Assembly: GCA_948678575.1 (NCBI GenBank)
Contig: CAPPGO010000011.1
Location: 3,370-67,369, forward strand
DNA from: an uncultured Clostridia bacterium
GTDB lineage: Bacteria > Bacillota > Clostridia > TANB77 > CAG-508
Direction of reading: 5' to 3'
Length of the DNA: 64,000 nt
The notes beneath the pieces were generated by a model that was given only the letters and a program-made list of their open reading frames with translations, ran no database searches and was not told the origin of the DNA. The position numbers were made by a program, and so were the translations under genes. Positions within the stretch are counted from its first letter, which is position 1. Each line of letters opens with the position of its first letter. Positions 50,785-61,189 of the stretch are shown here, one piece after another.

Positions 50785-51588
50785 CTATTTCAGATGGGCT
50801 GTTTCATCGGTACCACCTATCATTTTCTCTTTTGTTGGTTGATTCTTACCAATTTTTATTTTAATTTTATTTAAAAAAGTAAACTTATATTTTATAGAAA
50901 TATAACCAATCGTACTTGCAACTAGTGCTCCTACACTATCAACTATTATATCTTCCATTGTGTCTGAAATTGCATCTCTACCTTGAAGTTCTATTCCACT
51001 TTCAAGTGCATATTTTTGCATATTAGTTCCTAAAATTCCATCACTTGCAAATTCATATACTTCCCAAATTCCACCAAGTGTCATTGCAAAACAGAACGCA
51101 AAAAATGCTACAAAAAATGCATTCAAATTAACATTTTCGTTTTCTCTATTTAACATATCAATAACAGAAAATCCTAAAAATCCTATCATTGTTCCACTAA
51201 GTGTATGCAAAATTAAATCCCAGTATTTGAATCTATAATAAAAATTTTGTATTTCTCCTAAAAAAATAGCTGCATATAGAAAAAACACATAAAAATAATA
51301 CATTACATTTGGAATTTCCCATTTGAATTTTCTACTTAGAAAACTTGGAATTGCCATTGCTATAATACCTAATAAACACTGAACTAACATAAGTACATAA
51401 TCACTACGCACTCTCATTTCACCACTATTAGGTAATATATCATTAGTTGTTGTTGCAATTCTAAAAACTAAATATAATATTGGTGCAATAAAACTAATTA
51501 ACACACTTACTGATATTATTTTTTTCCAATTTCTATTTTTTAATGGCATTTCTATACCTTCCTTATCCCAATTTATTGGTATTTTCAT
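50785..51588 (-). CDS. Polytopic membrane protein (unknown function)
   Basis: 267 aa with about 6-7 TM helices. No motif I can name with confidence. Confidence 0.5.
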   Translation of the reverse strand: MKIPINWDKEGIEMPLKNRNWKKIISVSVLISFIAPILYLVFRIATTTNDILPNSGEMRVRSDYVLMLVQCLLGIIAMAIPSFLSRKFKWEIPNVMYYFYVFFLYAAIFLGEIQNFYYRFKYWDLILHTLSGTMIGFLGFSVIDMLNRENENVNLNAFFVAFFAFCFAMTLGGIWEVYEFASDGILGTNMQKYALESGIELQGRDAISDTMEDIIVDSVGALVASTIGYISIKYKFTFLNKIKIKIGKNQPTKEKMIGGTDETAHLK

Positions 51589-51636
51589 GCTTTATATTTT
51601 GCATTATATCATTAAAATTTATTATTATACAAGTAG

Positions 51637-52410
51637 TTAAATATATTTTTTTAAACCTAAAACTAATCTATCATTTCGAGTTTCTCTTTGAATTTCATTA
51701 AATATAAATTTGCCTTTTCCTCTTATTGTTATTACATCTCCTACATTTATTTTCTTTGAAACCTTTTCAACTAATATTGAATTTAGATAAACTCTCTGCT
51801 CAGTAATTATTTCTTCTGCTCTTGTTCTCGAACATTTTACAATTTCTGCAACAAAATTATCTAATCTCAAAGAAGAAACTATTATTGTAAATTCTTCAAA
51901 AATTGTCTCTACATTTTGAAGTCCTAATATACTTACTATATCAATTTCTGATTTTCTAAATCTAGTTAATTCTTGCAAACTATTTTTTAAATATTCTGCA
52001 ATTTCTTTTAGTACAACAATATCTGCTCCATTTTCATTTACTATAATATCCCCGAATTTTTCTCTCTTTAAACCTAATTTCATAATTCCACTCAAATAAT
52101 CTCTATGTTCATATTTAAGTTCCTTAGGTAATTTTATTCTAATTACTTCTAAAATATTTTCTATATTTTTTCTTGCCATTTCTTCTGAAATTTTATCAGG
52201 ATATAAAACTAAAATATTTCTGTCAGCACCTTCTTTTCCACCTTCAAAAAAATAATTCTGAAATTTTTCTTTAAATAAAATTTCTTGTGCTTCACTTTTG
52301 CTTGCTATATCTAAAAAATCAGTATGTACTATCTTATTTCTTGTTCTGCAAAATTCTATTTTGTCTGATATTTTTTCTCCTTGATATTGCTTTCTATCAT
52401 TTTTAAGCAT
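51637..52410 (-). CDS. ylmH: YlmH-like S4-domain RNA-binding protein
   Basis: ..HTDFLDI.. N-terminal landmark and a C-terminal S4 domain (RLDNFVAEIVKCSRTRAEEIITEQRVYLN). Confidence 0.7.
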   Translation of the reverse strand: MLKNDRKQYQGEKISDKIEFCRTRNKIVHTDFLDIASKSEAQEILFKEKFQNYFFEGGKEGADRNILVLYPDKISEEMARKNIENILEVIRIKLPKELKYEHRDYLSGIMKLGLKREKFGDIIVNENGADIVVLKEIAEYLKNSLQELTRFRKSEIDIVSILGLQNVETIFEEFTIIVSSLRLDNFVAEIVKCSRTRAEEIITEQRVYLNSILVEKVSKKINVGDVITIRGKGKFIFNEIQRETRNDRLVLGLKKYI

Positions 52411-54311
52411 TTTTGACCTCTATTTTTAATTTCTTTAATACTTAATCTTAGTTTTAATTTTTTGCTATCTAAAATTGTATTTACTATACTTTCTGTATCT
52501 ATATGATATTTCTTTTCAATTTCTTCTGTTTTTCCATGTTTTACAAATTCATCTTGATATGCAAAAGCAATAAAATCTATATCTTTTAATTTGTTTTGAA
52601 CTATAATTCTTTCTATTTCACTATTTAATCCACCTTTTACAGTTCCATCTTCTAAAACTACTGCTATACTACAATTTTTCATTTCTTTTTTTATCAATTC
52701 TTCGTCAATTGGCTTTAAAAATCTAGCATTAATTACTTTGCTACTTATTCCATTATCTTCTAATTCTTTTGCTACATTATATGCTCTTGCTACCATTTTT
52801 CCAATAGCAATTATACATATATCTTCTCCATTCTTCACAATTTCAGCTTTTCCAAGACTTATAACTTCTTGTTTTTCAAATTTCATATCTTCTGAACCTC
52901 TTGGATATCTTATTAAAACTGGTTTTTCAAGATTTATAGCAAATTCTAACATATTTTCTAGTTCAGTAAAATCTTTTGGTGCCATAATATTTAGGTTTGG
53001 AATTGTATTTCCAAAAGCCATATCTAGTAATCCTTGGTGTGTTTCTCCATCATTTCCCACAATTCCAGCTCTATCAGCAATCATAACAACTGGTAAATTC
53101 TGAATGCAAATATCATGTACAATTTGATCATAAGCTCTTTGTAAAAATGATGAATATATTGGTACTACTGGTATTAATCCTTCCTTAGCTAATCCACCAG
53201 CTAAACCAATTGCGTGTTGCTCTGCAATCCCAACATCAAAAAATCTATCTGGAAACTTTTTTTGAAATTCTGCAAGTCCTGTACCATCTGCCATAGCTGC
53301 TGTTATAGCAACCACTTTCTTGTTATCCTTAGCAATAGTTACAAGCTTATCTCCCATGGTTTTTGAATAATCTTTTTTGCCATTTCCAATTTTCTTGCCT
53401 GTTTCTATTTCAAATTTTGATGTACTATGGAAAATATCTGGGTTTTCTTCTGCTGGTTTATACCCTTTTCCCTTTTTAGTTAAAACATGCAATAATATAG
53501 GTCCTTCTTGCTCTTTACATATTTTTAATATATCTTCTAATTTCTCTAAATTATGACCATCTACTGGACCTAAATATCTAAAACCTATATCTTCAAAATA
53601 CATTTTTGGAATAACTAATTGTTTGATACCTCTTTTTGTTCTTTGCACTAGTTTAACAACTTTTTTTCCAAAAAATGGTATTTTATTTATGATCCTTTTG
53701 CTCTTTAAATTTCCTTTTACATAAAATCCCTTGGTTCTTAATTTTGAAAGCACCATTGATATTCCACCAACATTTTTAGCAATACTCATTTCATTATCAT
53801 TTAAAATTACTATAATATTGCTTAAACTACTTCCAGCATCATTCAAGGCTTCAAGCGCCATTCCACCAGTTAAAGCTCCATCTCCAATAACTGTTACAAT
53901 CTTATGATTTTCACCTTTTATATCTCTTGCCCTTGCCATACCCAATGCAACAGAAATAGATGTACTACTATGTCCAGTATCATAAGAATCATATTCACTC
54001 TCACAAGTTTTTGGAAAACCTGCAATTCCATCTAATTGTCTTAATGTTTCTAATTTATCTTTTCTGCCTGTTAAAATTTTATGTACATAAGTTTGGTGTC
54101 CTACGTCCCAGATAATCTTATCCTTAGGACAATTAAATACACTATGTATTGCCATTGTAAGTTCTACAACACCAAGATTTGATGCTAAATGTCCACCAGT
54201 ATTTGAAACTGTACTGATAATTTTTTCTCTTATTTCTTGTGCTAAAACTTTCTTTTCTTCTGTATTTAATTTTTTCAAATCTTCTGGATAATTTACTTTA
54301 TCTAAAACCAT
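52356..54311 (-). CDS. dxs: 1-deoxy-D-xylulose-5-phosphate synthase
   Basis: GGHLASNLGVVELT, GHSSTSIS, TPP motif GDGALTGGMA..NDN. 651 aa, with a short basic C-terminal extension. Confidence 0.95.
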   Translation of the reverse strand: MVLDKVNYPEDLKKLNTEEKKVLAQEIREKIISTVSNTGGHLASNLGVVELTMAIHSVFNCPKDKIIWDVGHQTYVHKILTGRKDKLETLRQLDGIAGFPKTCESEYDSYDTGHSSTSISVALGMARARDIKGENHKIVTVIGDGALTGGMALEALNDAGSSLSNIIVILNDNEMSIAKNVGGISMVLSKLRTKGFYVKGNLKSKRIINKIPFFGKKVVKLVQRTKRGIKQLVIPKMYFEDIGFRYLGPVDGHNLEKLEDILKICKEQEGPILLHVLTKKGKGYKPAEENPDIFHSTSKFEIETGKKIGNGKKDYSKTMGDKLVTIAKDNKKVVAITAAMADGTGLAEFQKKFPDRFFDVGIAEQHAIGLAGGLAKEGLIPVVPIYSSFLQRAYDQIVHDICIQNLPVVMIADRAGIVGNDGETHQGLLDMAFGNTIPNLNIMAPKDFTELENMLEFAINLEKPVLIRYPRGSEDMKFEKQEVISLGKAEIVKNGEDICIIAIGKMVARAYNVAKELEDNGISSKVINARFLKPIDEELIKKEMKNCSIAVVLEDGTVKGGLNSEIERIIVQNKLKDIDFIAFAYQDEFVKHGKTEEIEKKYHIDTESIVNTILDSKKLKLRLSIKEIKNRGQKCLKMIESNIKEKKYQTK

Positions 54312-54319
54312 AATTTCTC

Positions 54320-54976
54320 CTATACCATTAAAAATGCTAATAATGAAGTGATTAGTGGTACAGTAATGTTGTCTGTACCTTTAATTGAAACAGCTTCAAT
54401 TAAAGTCATCAATCCTGCAATTACTATTGACTTTATTGCCCAATAATCTGCTTTATTATAATACAAAAATCCTGCTAATATCATACAAGTAATTACACAC
54501 ATTGTAATACAACCTGCAATGCTTTTGGTGTCTCCTGCAATTTTGAATTTTTTACTTTCTACTGCTTGTCCTATAACCGCTGCTAATCCATCTCCATAAC
54601 CCATAACTAAAATTCCACAAAGTCCAACTAATGGATTTTGTAATGGTCCAAAAGTAATTAATGCAAGAATTAATAATGACAATGCATAATATACTGTTCC
54701 CAAACTATCTTTATTTTCTGAATTTTCATCTCTTTCCATAACTTTTATAAGATTAGTTTTAAAAGAAATATAATTTACAACTACAAAAACTGCTGGTAAT
54801 AAAGCAGCAACCCACATATTATCAAAAAATACTATCGCTATAATCCACCAATTTGACAACATTATGTGTATAAATTTTCTGCTGGCTTCTTTTCCTGCTT
54901 TTTCAAATAGTTTTCCTGACATTATTATAATTCCCATAAATAATACAGAAACTACTAGACCAATTATATTACTCAT
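54320..54976 (-). CDS. Polyprenol/phytol kinase-like (CTP-dependent, DUF-type cytidylyltransferase-fold) membrane protein
   Basis: 218 aa, polytopic. ..GYGDGLAAVIG.. motif typical of the dolichol/phytol kinase family. Confidence 0.45.
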   Translation of the reverse strand: MSNIIGLVVSVLFMGIIIMSGKLFEKAGKEASRKFIHIMLSNWWIIAIVFFDNMWVAALLPAVFVVVNYISFKTNLIKVMERDENSENKDSLGTVYYALSLLILALITFGPLQNPLVGLCGILVMGYGDGLAAVIGQAVESKKFKIAGDTKSIAGCITMCVITCMILAGFLYYNKADYWAIKSIVIAGLMTLIEAVSIKGTDNITVPLITSLLAFLMV

Positions 54977-56712
54977 TATTTATTTTCTCCTAATATTTTT
55001 GCTATTTCTTCATGTCTTTTTACCTTTGCTGTTGTTGTTTTTATAAGTTCTTCACTTGTAACTATTACATCTCTAATATGTTTATATGGTGGCATATTTT
55101 CATTTATCTTTGCAATAGCTTCTTTCATATCTTTTAATATATCTTCTTCACTTTTATATCCATGAACTGCTTTTATTTCATCTTTATCATAAACAATCTT
55201 TACGCAAATATCTAAATCATTATCCCATGTAGGTCGTCCATAAACTATACTTTCTTTTACAAAAGGAATATGATTTATAAGTACTTCTAATTCTTCTGGA
55301 AAAATATTCTTACCATTTTTTTGAACAATTACATTTTTCTTTCTACCAGTAATATAAAGGAATCCATCTTTATCTAAATAACCTAAATCTCCTGTATGAT
55401 ACCAACCGTCTACTAATACTTCCTTTGTTGCTTCCTCATTTTTATAGTATCCTAGCATTACATTTGGTCCTTTAATTAAAACTTCACCAATTCCCTGTTC
55501 ATCTCTTCCTTCAATTTTAATTTCTACATTTTTTATTGGTTTACCTACTGAACCAAGTCTTACATCAAAATCATTTTCGATTGATACTGTTGGTGCAGCT
55601 TCTGTTAAACCATAACCTTGAACTGTTCTTATTCCAAATCCTAATAATCCTTCTAAAATTTGAGAATCTATTGGAGCAGCCGCTGAAATTAATAATCTTA
55701 AATGACCACCAAGTGCATTATGAATATCTTTAAACACTTTATCTTTAATTTTAATATGTAATTTATCTAATACATTTGTAAATTTTGTCATACTATTAAC
55801 AAGTTTTGTTTTTCCTTCTTTTTCTATCTGTTTCTTTATTCTTTTATAAATTACTTCTACAATAGCTGGTACTGCGACAATTACAGTACATTCATATTCT
55901 GCTAAATTTTGAGTAATATATTTTAGTCCATCACAGAAAGTATATGTTGCACCAACATATATAAGAACATTCATAACAAAAGCTGGAAGAGCATGATGGA
56001 AAGGTAAAAGTGCTAATGTACAATCATTTTCATCAAATTTCATGTATGCTAAAATACTTAGAGCATTTTGACATAAATTTCTTTGTGAAAGCATTACTGC
56101 TTTTGACATTGAAGTTGTTCCAGAAGTAAATAGCATTACAGCCATAGCATTCTCATCTATAACTGCATCTGTTTGAGATGTATCTCCATCTTCAATCATT
56201 TTTTTGCCTTTTTCAATTAATTGTTTATATGATAAAATTCCATCTTCTTCTTTTTCAGCATCCATATTTATAAAGTATTTAATAGAAGATAATTTTTCAT
56301 CTCTAATTTTTTTAATTACATCTAAATATTTATCTTCAAAAACAATAGCTTCTGCCTCACTTCTTTCAGCCAATGATATAATCTCATTATTTGGCAAAGA
56401 TTTATCTAATGGAACTATGATTTTGCTTCCAGTAAGAACAGCATAGTATGTTTCTATCCACTCATATCTATTTTTAGAGATAAGTGCTATTCTTTTATTA
56501 TCAATATTTAAAGAATTAAGCGCTGTCCCCAAAGCTTCAACTTCTTTACCAAATTCTTTATATGTCATATAATTGAACTCTACTGTCTCTCCTTTTTTAT
56601 ACATTCTTTTTTTGAATTTAAATATATTATTATCCCCATACAAATTAATTGAATGATTTAATAACTCTTTAAAATTTTTTACTTCTTCAACACTATAACT
56701 AGTTTCTTTCAT
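54976..56712 (-). CDS. Long-chain fatty acid-CoA ligase (AMP-binding family)
   Basis: AMP motif LFTSGTTSMSKAVMLS, then ..GYGLTE.., ..YHTGDLGYLDKDGFLYITGRKKN... The start is moved to the ATG at 56712 after GGAGGAG. Confidence 0.88.
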   Translation of the reverse strand: MKETSYSVEEVKNFKELLNHSINLYGDNNIFKFKKRMYKKGETVEFNYMTYKEFGKEVEALGTALNSLNIDNKRIALISKNRYEWIETYYAVLTGSKIIVPLDKSLPNNEIISLAERSEAEAIVFEDKYLDVIKKIRDEKLSSIKYFINMDAEKEEDGILSYKQLIEKGKKMIEDGDTSQTDAVIDENAMAVMLFTSGTTSMSKAVMLSQRNLCQNALSILAYMKFDENDCTLALLPFHHALPAFVMNVLIYVGATYTFCDGLKYITQNLAEYECTVIVAVPAIVEVIYKRIKKQIEKEGKTKLVNSMTKFTNVLDKLHIKIKDKVFKDIHNALGGHLRLLISAAAPIDSQILEGLLGFGIRTVQGYGLTEAAPTVSIENDFDVRLGSVGKPIKNVEIKIEGRDEQGIGEVLIKGPNVMLGYYKNEEATKEVLVDGWYHTGDLGYLDKDGFLYITGRKKNVIVQKNGKNIFPEELEVLINHIPFVKESIVYGRPTWDNDLDICVKIVYDKDEIKAVHGYKSEEDILKDMKEAIAKINENMPPYKHIRDVIVTSEELIKTTTAKVKRHEEIAKILGENK

Positions 56713-56860
56713 ATACTCCTCCAAGTTATTCATAAAATTCCAGTTGATTATATCACACCACCATAAAAAAAACAATATAACAATATTTTTTGACTACTTA
56801 TATTGACTTTAACATATATTTCTTATATTATAGGTTTAGTAAAAATTTGGAGGTATTATT

Positions 56861-57733
56861 ATGAGTAATAAATTAGTTTCATTTGTATTTCAAACAGATG
56901 CTTTTAGAGTTAGTTCAGCTGACCAACCTTTTTGGCTTACTTCTGGATTAATTTCACCATATTTTGTAAACACTCATTTCTTATATGGTAATGAATCAGA
57001 TGCTGTTGGACTTTTAAATTTCATAACTAATTCATTAGAAACAGAAACAAAAACAGATTTACCAGGAATGATTTTTGAAAAAGTTTTAGAACAATACGAA
57101 AGAAATGAAGTTTTCAAAACAACAATTGATTCTTTAAAAACTTTAATTCAAGAAAACATTGACACAAAAGTAATTGACTATGTTTCAGGTGGAGAAAGAA
57201 GAGATTGGTATTTTTCTATGATGATTGCTTATCTTCTTGGATTACCACATATAACTTTATTTAAAGATCAATCTGCTGTTGTAAGCACTTGTGATTTTGA
57301 AGAATGTACAGAAGTTACAAAATTAGAAGGTAAAAAAGTTTTACATGTAGCAGATTTACTTACAAAAGCTTCAAGCTATGAAAATTATTGGGCTCCTGCT
57401 ATCAAAAAATTAGGTTCAGATATATATTGGAGTGCTGTTGTTGTTGATAGATTAGAAGGTGGTGAAGAAACTTTAAAAGGATTAAAAATTGAATCTTTAT
57501 CATTAGTAAAATTAGATAATTCTTTATTTAAAGAAGCTTTCGAGTTAGGTATTATAAATCAATCACAATTAGACATGCTTACAGAATTTAAAAAAGATCC
57601 ATATACTTATATGAGAAACTTCCTTATAGCTCATCCAGAATTTTTAGAAAATGCTTTAAAAGCTGATCCTAAAACTGCTAAAAGAGCTCAAAGCTGTATA
57701 GATAATGATTTATATAATTTAAAAAATAATTAA
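56861..57733 (+). CDS. Phosphoribosyltransferase-like protein (OPRT-related)
   Basis: PRPP-loop-like VLHVADLLTKASS and upstream ..YVSGGERRDW... Overall weak similarity from memory only. Confidence 0.4.
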   Translation: MSNKLVSFVFQTDAFRVSSADQPFWLTSGLISPYFVNTHFLYGNESDAVGLLNFITNSLETETKTDLPGMIFEKVLEQYERNEVFKTTIDSLKTLIQENIDTKVIDYVSGGERRDWYFSMMIAYLLGLPHITLFKDQSAVVSTCDFEECTEVTKLEGKKVLHVADLLTKASSYENYWAPAIKKLGSDIYWSAVVVDRLEGGEETLKGLKIESLSLVKLDNSLFKEAFELGIINQSQLDMLTEFKKDPYTYMRNFLIAHPEFLENALKADPKTAKRAQSCIDNDLYNLKNN

Positions 57734-57769
57734 TTATAAAATTTGAAAAGTTCTGACGAACACATAATA

Positions 57770-57811
57770 AACCAAAAACGCACTTTGTATTTTAAAGTGC
57801 GTTTTTGGTTT
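57770..57811. terminator. Strong bidirectional terminator
   Basis: 17-bp stem aaccaaaaacgcacttt/aaagtgcgtttttggtt. Confidence 0.75.
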
Positions 57812-57824
57812 ATATATAAACTTA

Positions 57825-59303
57825 TTAAAGTATAATACAAATAAGTCCTCCGCTTCCTTCATTTACTACTCTTTCTAATGTTTCGCGAAGTTTTTTCTGT
57901 GCCTCTTCTGGCATTCTTACTAATTTATTTTGCAAGCCTTCATTTACTAATTCATGTAAACTTTTTCCAAATATATTAGATTCCCAAATTTTCTTAGGAT
58001 CACTTTCAAACTCTGCTAATAAATATTTTACTAAATCTTCTGATTGTTTTTCACTTCCAACAATTGGAGATACTTCTGTTTCCGTATTTATTTTCATCAT
58101 GTGTATTGATGGTGCTTTTGCTCTTAATTTTACACCATATTTTTGACCTTGTTTTACAATTTCTGGTTCTTCAAGAATTAAATCATCTATTCCTGGTGAC
58201 ACAATTCCATATCCTCTCTCATTTACTTCATGCAAAGCATATGCCATTTTATCATATTGTTTTTTCACTTTTGCAAAGTTTGTAATACAAGAAAATAAAT
58301 CACCCTCACTGCTAATATCCATGTTTGTTATTTCACTAATCATCTGATAAAATAAACTTTCTTGCAATTCTACATTAACAAATACTTCTCCTGTACCTAA
58401 ATCTATTTGCCCCAATTCTGCTTTCTTTACTTCTTCACATTCAGAAAATTTTGTATAACAATTTCCTACATCTTTTATTCTTTGTACATCTTCAAAAGTT
58501 TCTCTTGCCTTAGAATATAAATTCTCTTTTAATGGATTAGTCATTTCCAAACTATTTATCCAATTTGGAAAATTCACATTTATTCTTTCAATTGAAAATT
58601 CATACAATATCTTAGAAAAAATATTATTTATATCTTCTAAATTCAAATCTACGCAATTTACTGGAATAACTGGTGTATTATACTTATTTGATAATTCTTC
58701 TGCTAAATTTATACTATATGCATCATAAGGATTTAAGCAGTTCATCAAAATTACAAATGGTTTATTTATTTCTTGTAATTCATATATAACTCTTTCTTCT
58801 GCTTCAATATAGTCTTCTCTTGGTATATCTGTTATTGAACCATCAGTAGTAATTACAATTCCTACTGTTGAATGTTCCACAATTACTTTTCTTGTTCCAA
58901 GTTCAGCTGCTGTTTCAAATGGCATTTCTTGTTCAGACCAAGGTGTTTTAACCATTCTTGGCATTTCGTCTTCCATATAACCAATCGCATTGTTTACTAA
59001 ATATCCAACACAATCTACTAATCTAGTTTTTAATGTAATATTATCACTTAATGTAATATTTACAGCTTCATTTGGAATAAATTTAGGCTCTGTTGTCATT
59101 ATTGTTCTTCCACCTGCACTCTGTGGAAGTTCATCAATAGCCCTTTCTCTTTTGTATCCATTTTCTATATTAGGTAAAACCAATAATTCCATAAATCTTT
59201 TAATAAATGTTGATTTTCCAGTTCTTACAGGTCCTACAACTCCTATGTATATATCTCCTTGTGTTCTTGTTTTAATGTCTTGATATATATTTAAGTTATC
59301 CAT
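57825..59303 (-). CDS. spoIVA: Stage IV sporulation protein A
   Basis: Walker A GVVGPVRTGKSTFIKRF, C-terminus ..NEGSGGLICIIL. 492 aa. Confidence 0.95.
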   Translation of the reverse strand: MDNLNIYQDIKTRTQGDIYIGVVGPVRTGKSTFIKRFMELLVLPNIENGYKRERAIDELPQSAGGRTIMTTEPKFIPNEAVNITLSDNITLKTRLVDCVGYLVNNAIGYMEDEMPRMVKTPWSEQEMPFETAAELGTRKVIVEHSTVGIVITTDGSITDIPREDYIEAEERVIYELQEINKPFVILMNCLNPYDAYSINLAEELSNKYNTPVIPVNCVDLNLEDINNIFSKILYEFSIERINVNFPNWINSLEMTNPLKENLYSKARETFEDVQRIKDVGNCYTKFSECEEVKKAELGQIDLGTGEVFVNVELQESLFYQMISEITNMDISSEGDLFSCITNFAKVKKQYDKMAYALHEVNERGYGIVSPGIDDLILEEPEIVKQGQKYGVKLRAKAPSIHMMKINTETEVSPIVGSEKQSEDLVKYLLAEFESDPKKIWESNIFGKSLHELVNEGLQNKLVRMPEEAQKKLRETLERVVNEGSGGLICIIL

Positions 59304-59380
59304 AAAAAATACCCCCTAATTTTGTACACTTTTATTAAAGTATATTAGGAAGTACTTTTTTTATGACTATTTAATTAAAT

Positions 59381-60388
59381 TTATTTTATACGCACAAAAA
59401 GTAAACATTCTCGAGCAGAACCACCTACTGCATCAGAAGATGGTATTCCATATGTACTATGCCAACTATAAGCTCCAACAGCATAAAACCAATTTCCATG
59501 ACCTACTGAACCATTCAAATAACAAGATGTTACTGCTGATGGTGATGACAACGTCAAACCACCCCAAAAGTTACCTGTTCCTAGTCCTTCTGTTACGGAT
59601 TCATAACCAACTGCTTTTGCACTGCCATCTCCTTCTGTACATGTTTCTTTTGTAGGATTATTAGTTTGTTTCCATCTTTGATATTTTTTATTAGTTATAT
59701 CAAATTTACCTGAAACACAACTATATGTTAATAAAAATTCATAATTAGTATTACTAGACCATGATTGTCTAAATTCATCAATTCCATTAGCTAAGATACT
59801 ATACTTATCTGCTGTATAACATTTTCCTGCATTAGCACTTGTAAATTTATTTGCAGATGCTTGCGATGTTCCTATATCTTGATAAAAAATACATTTCCAC
59901 AAAGAACCATCCTTTAATTTATAATATATGTTATGATTATTTAAATCTATATTATAATTGTTTTTATCATAAAGTATATAATCATATATTGATATATCAC
60001 TTTTTCCATGTATCTCAGATTCCATATTTAAAATAATGTCATTTGCTAATACATAAGAAGCACCTTTTTTATATGTATATAATTTACCATTAATTGTATA
60101 ATTAGTTTGTAAAGTTGCATTTTCTTGAATCCTTTTAGCCTCTTTTAATTGTTCAAAAGTTGTAATTGGAATTGTAGTATTAGGTGTTGTAGCTAACATA
60201 GAATCATAAAGAGAATTGGCATCAACACCACTTGAATATATTTTTGCAGTTTCACGAACTGTCTCCAATTGTGCTGAATTTCTTCTACTAGCAATAGAAT
60301 ATGCTCCTAATATAAATGCTAAGAAGAAAAGCATTGCCAAAATAACAAACAATGAAATTGCACCTTTTTGATTTTTTATATTTTTCAT
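59381..60388 (-). CDS. Hypothetical exported protein (pilus/surface associated?)
   Basis: N-terminus MKNIKNQKGAISLFVILAMLFFLAFILGAYSI resembles PilX/TadE-type minor pilin heads. Confidence 0.45.
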   Translation of the reverse strand: MKNIKNQKGAISLFVILAMLFFLAFILGAYSIASRRNSAQLETVRETAKIYSSGVDANSLYDSMLATTPNTTIPITTFEQLKEAKRIQENATLQTNYTINGKLYTYKKGASYVLANDIILNMESEIHGKSDISIYDYILYDKNNYNIDLNNHNIYYKLKDGSLWKCIFYQDIGTSQASANKFTSANAGKCYTADKYSILANGIDEFRQSWSSNTNYEFLLTYSCVSGKFDITNKKYQRWKQTNNPTKETCTEGDGSAKAVGYESVTEGLGTGNFWGGLTLSSPSAVTSCYLNGSVGHGNWFYAVGAYSWHSTYGIPSSDAVGGSARECLLFVRIK

Positions 60389-60472
60389 ATATATAAATTC
60401 CTTTCTTATATACTATGATTTTAACCAAAAAAACATTTTTTATCAAGTGCTTTTTCATTACAATTATATTAC

Positions 60473-60937
60473 TTATCCTATTTTTTCTGCTAGCATATTC
60501 ATATGGTTTAATATATGTTTTCTTTCTATACAATAATTTTCTTCATGCTCTTTAAATCTCTTTTCAAGAGAATCCACTTTATTCTCTAAGGAATCTAATC
60601 TTGTATTAATTATTTTAACATCTTCTCTAAGTTCTGTTATATTTTCACACATGTCCATCATAGTATTTTTCATACTTGCGACTTCTTTTTCTAATTTTTC
60701 TATTCTTTTTTCTAATATATTTATTCTTTCTTCTAACGAATCTATTCTTCTTTCTAATGCATCAAATTTTTCTTCTAGTCTATCCATCCTGTTTTCCAAT
60801 ATGTCAAATCTTTTTTCTAGCCTATCCATCCTTTTTTCTAATACATCAAATCTTTCGTCCATTTTCTTTTGTACATTTTGAATGATTTTCTCACTCACTT
60901 CTGTGCTTAATTTTTGATACAATTCGTCTATTGTCAT
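60473..60937 (-). CDS. Coiled-coil repeat protein
   Basis: Four consecutive 14-residue units (R/K)FDxLExRxDxLE(E/K). Confidence 0.6.
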   Translation of the reverse strand: MTIDELYQKLSTEVSEKIIQNVQKKMDERFDVLEKRMDRLEKRFDILENRMDRLEEKFDALERRIDSLEERINILEKRIEKLEKEVASMKNTMMDMCENITELREDVKIINTRLDSLENKVDSLEKRFKEHEENYCIERKHILNHMNMLAEKIG

Positions 60938-61189
60938 AATAGAACCTCCTTTTAGTTTATTCTATTACCCTATCATTTTTAATTATATATTTACATCAAA
61001 TTTTAGTCAATAAAACAATTAGTTTATTAACCTTCTATACCAGCATATAACCACCTTCTTTATTTTATATTTTTTGTTTGGATATTTAAACCGAATGGTT
61101 TATAGATTTTTAAGATTTTTATACATATATCATGATTTTATAATATTGTCAATAAAAAAATAGCTATATAAAATATAGCCATTTTTTAT

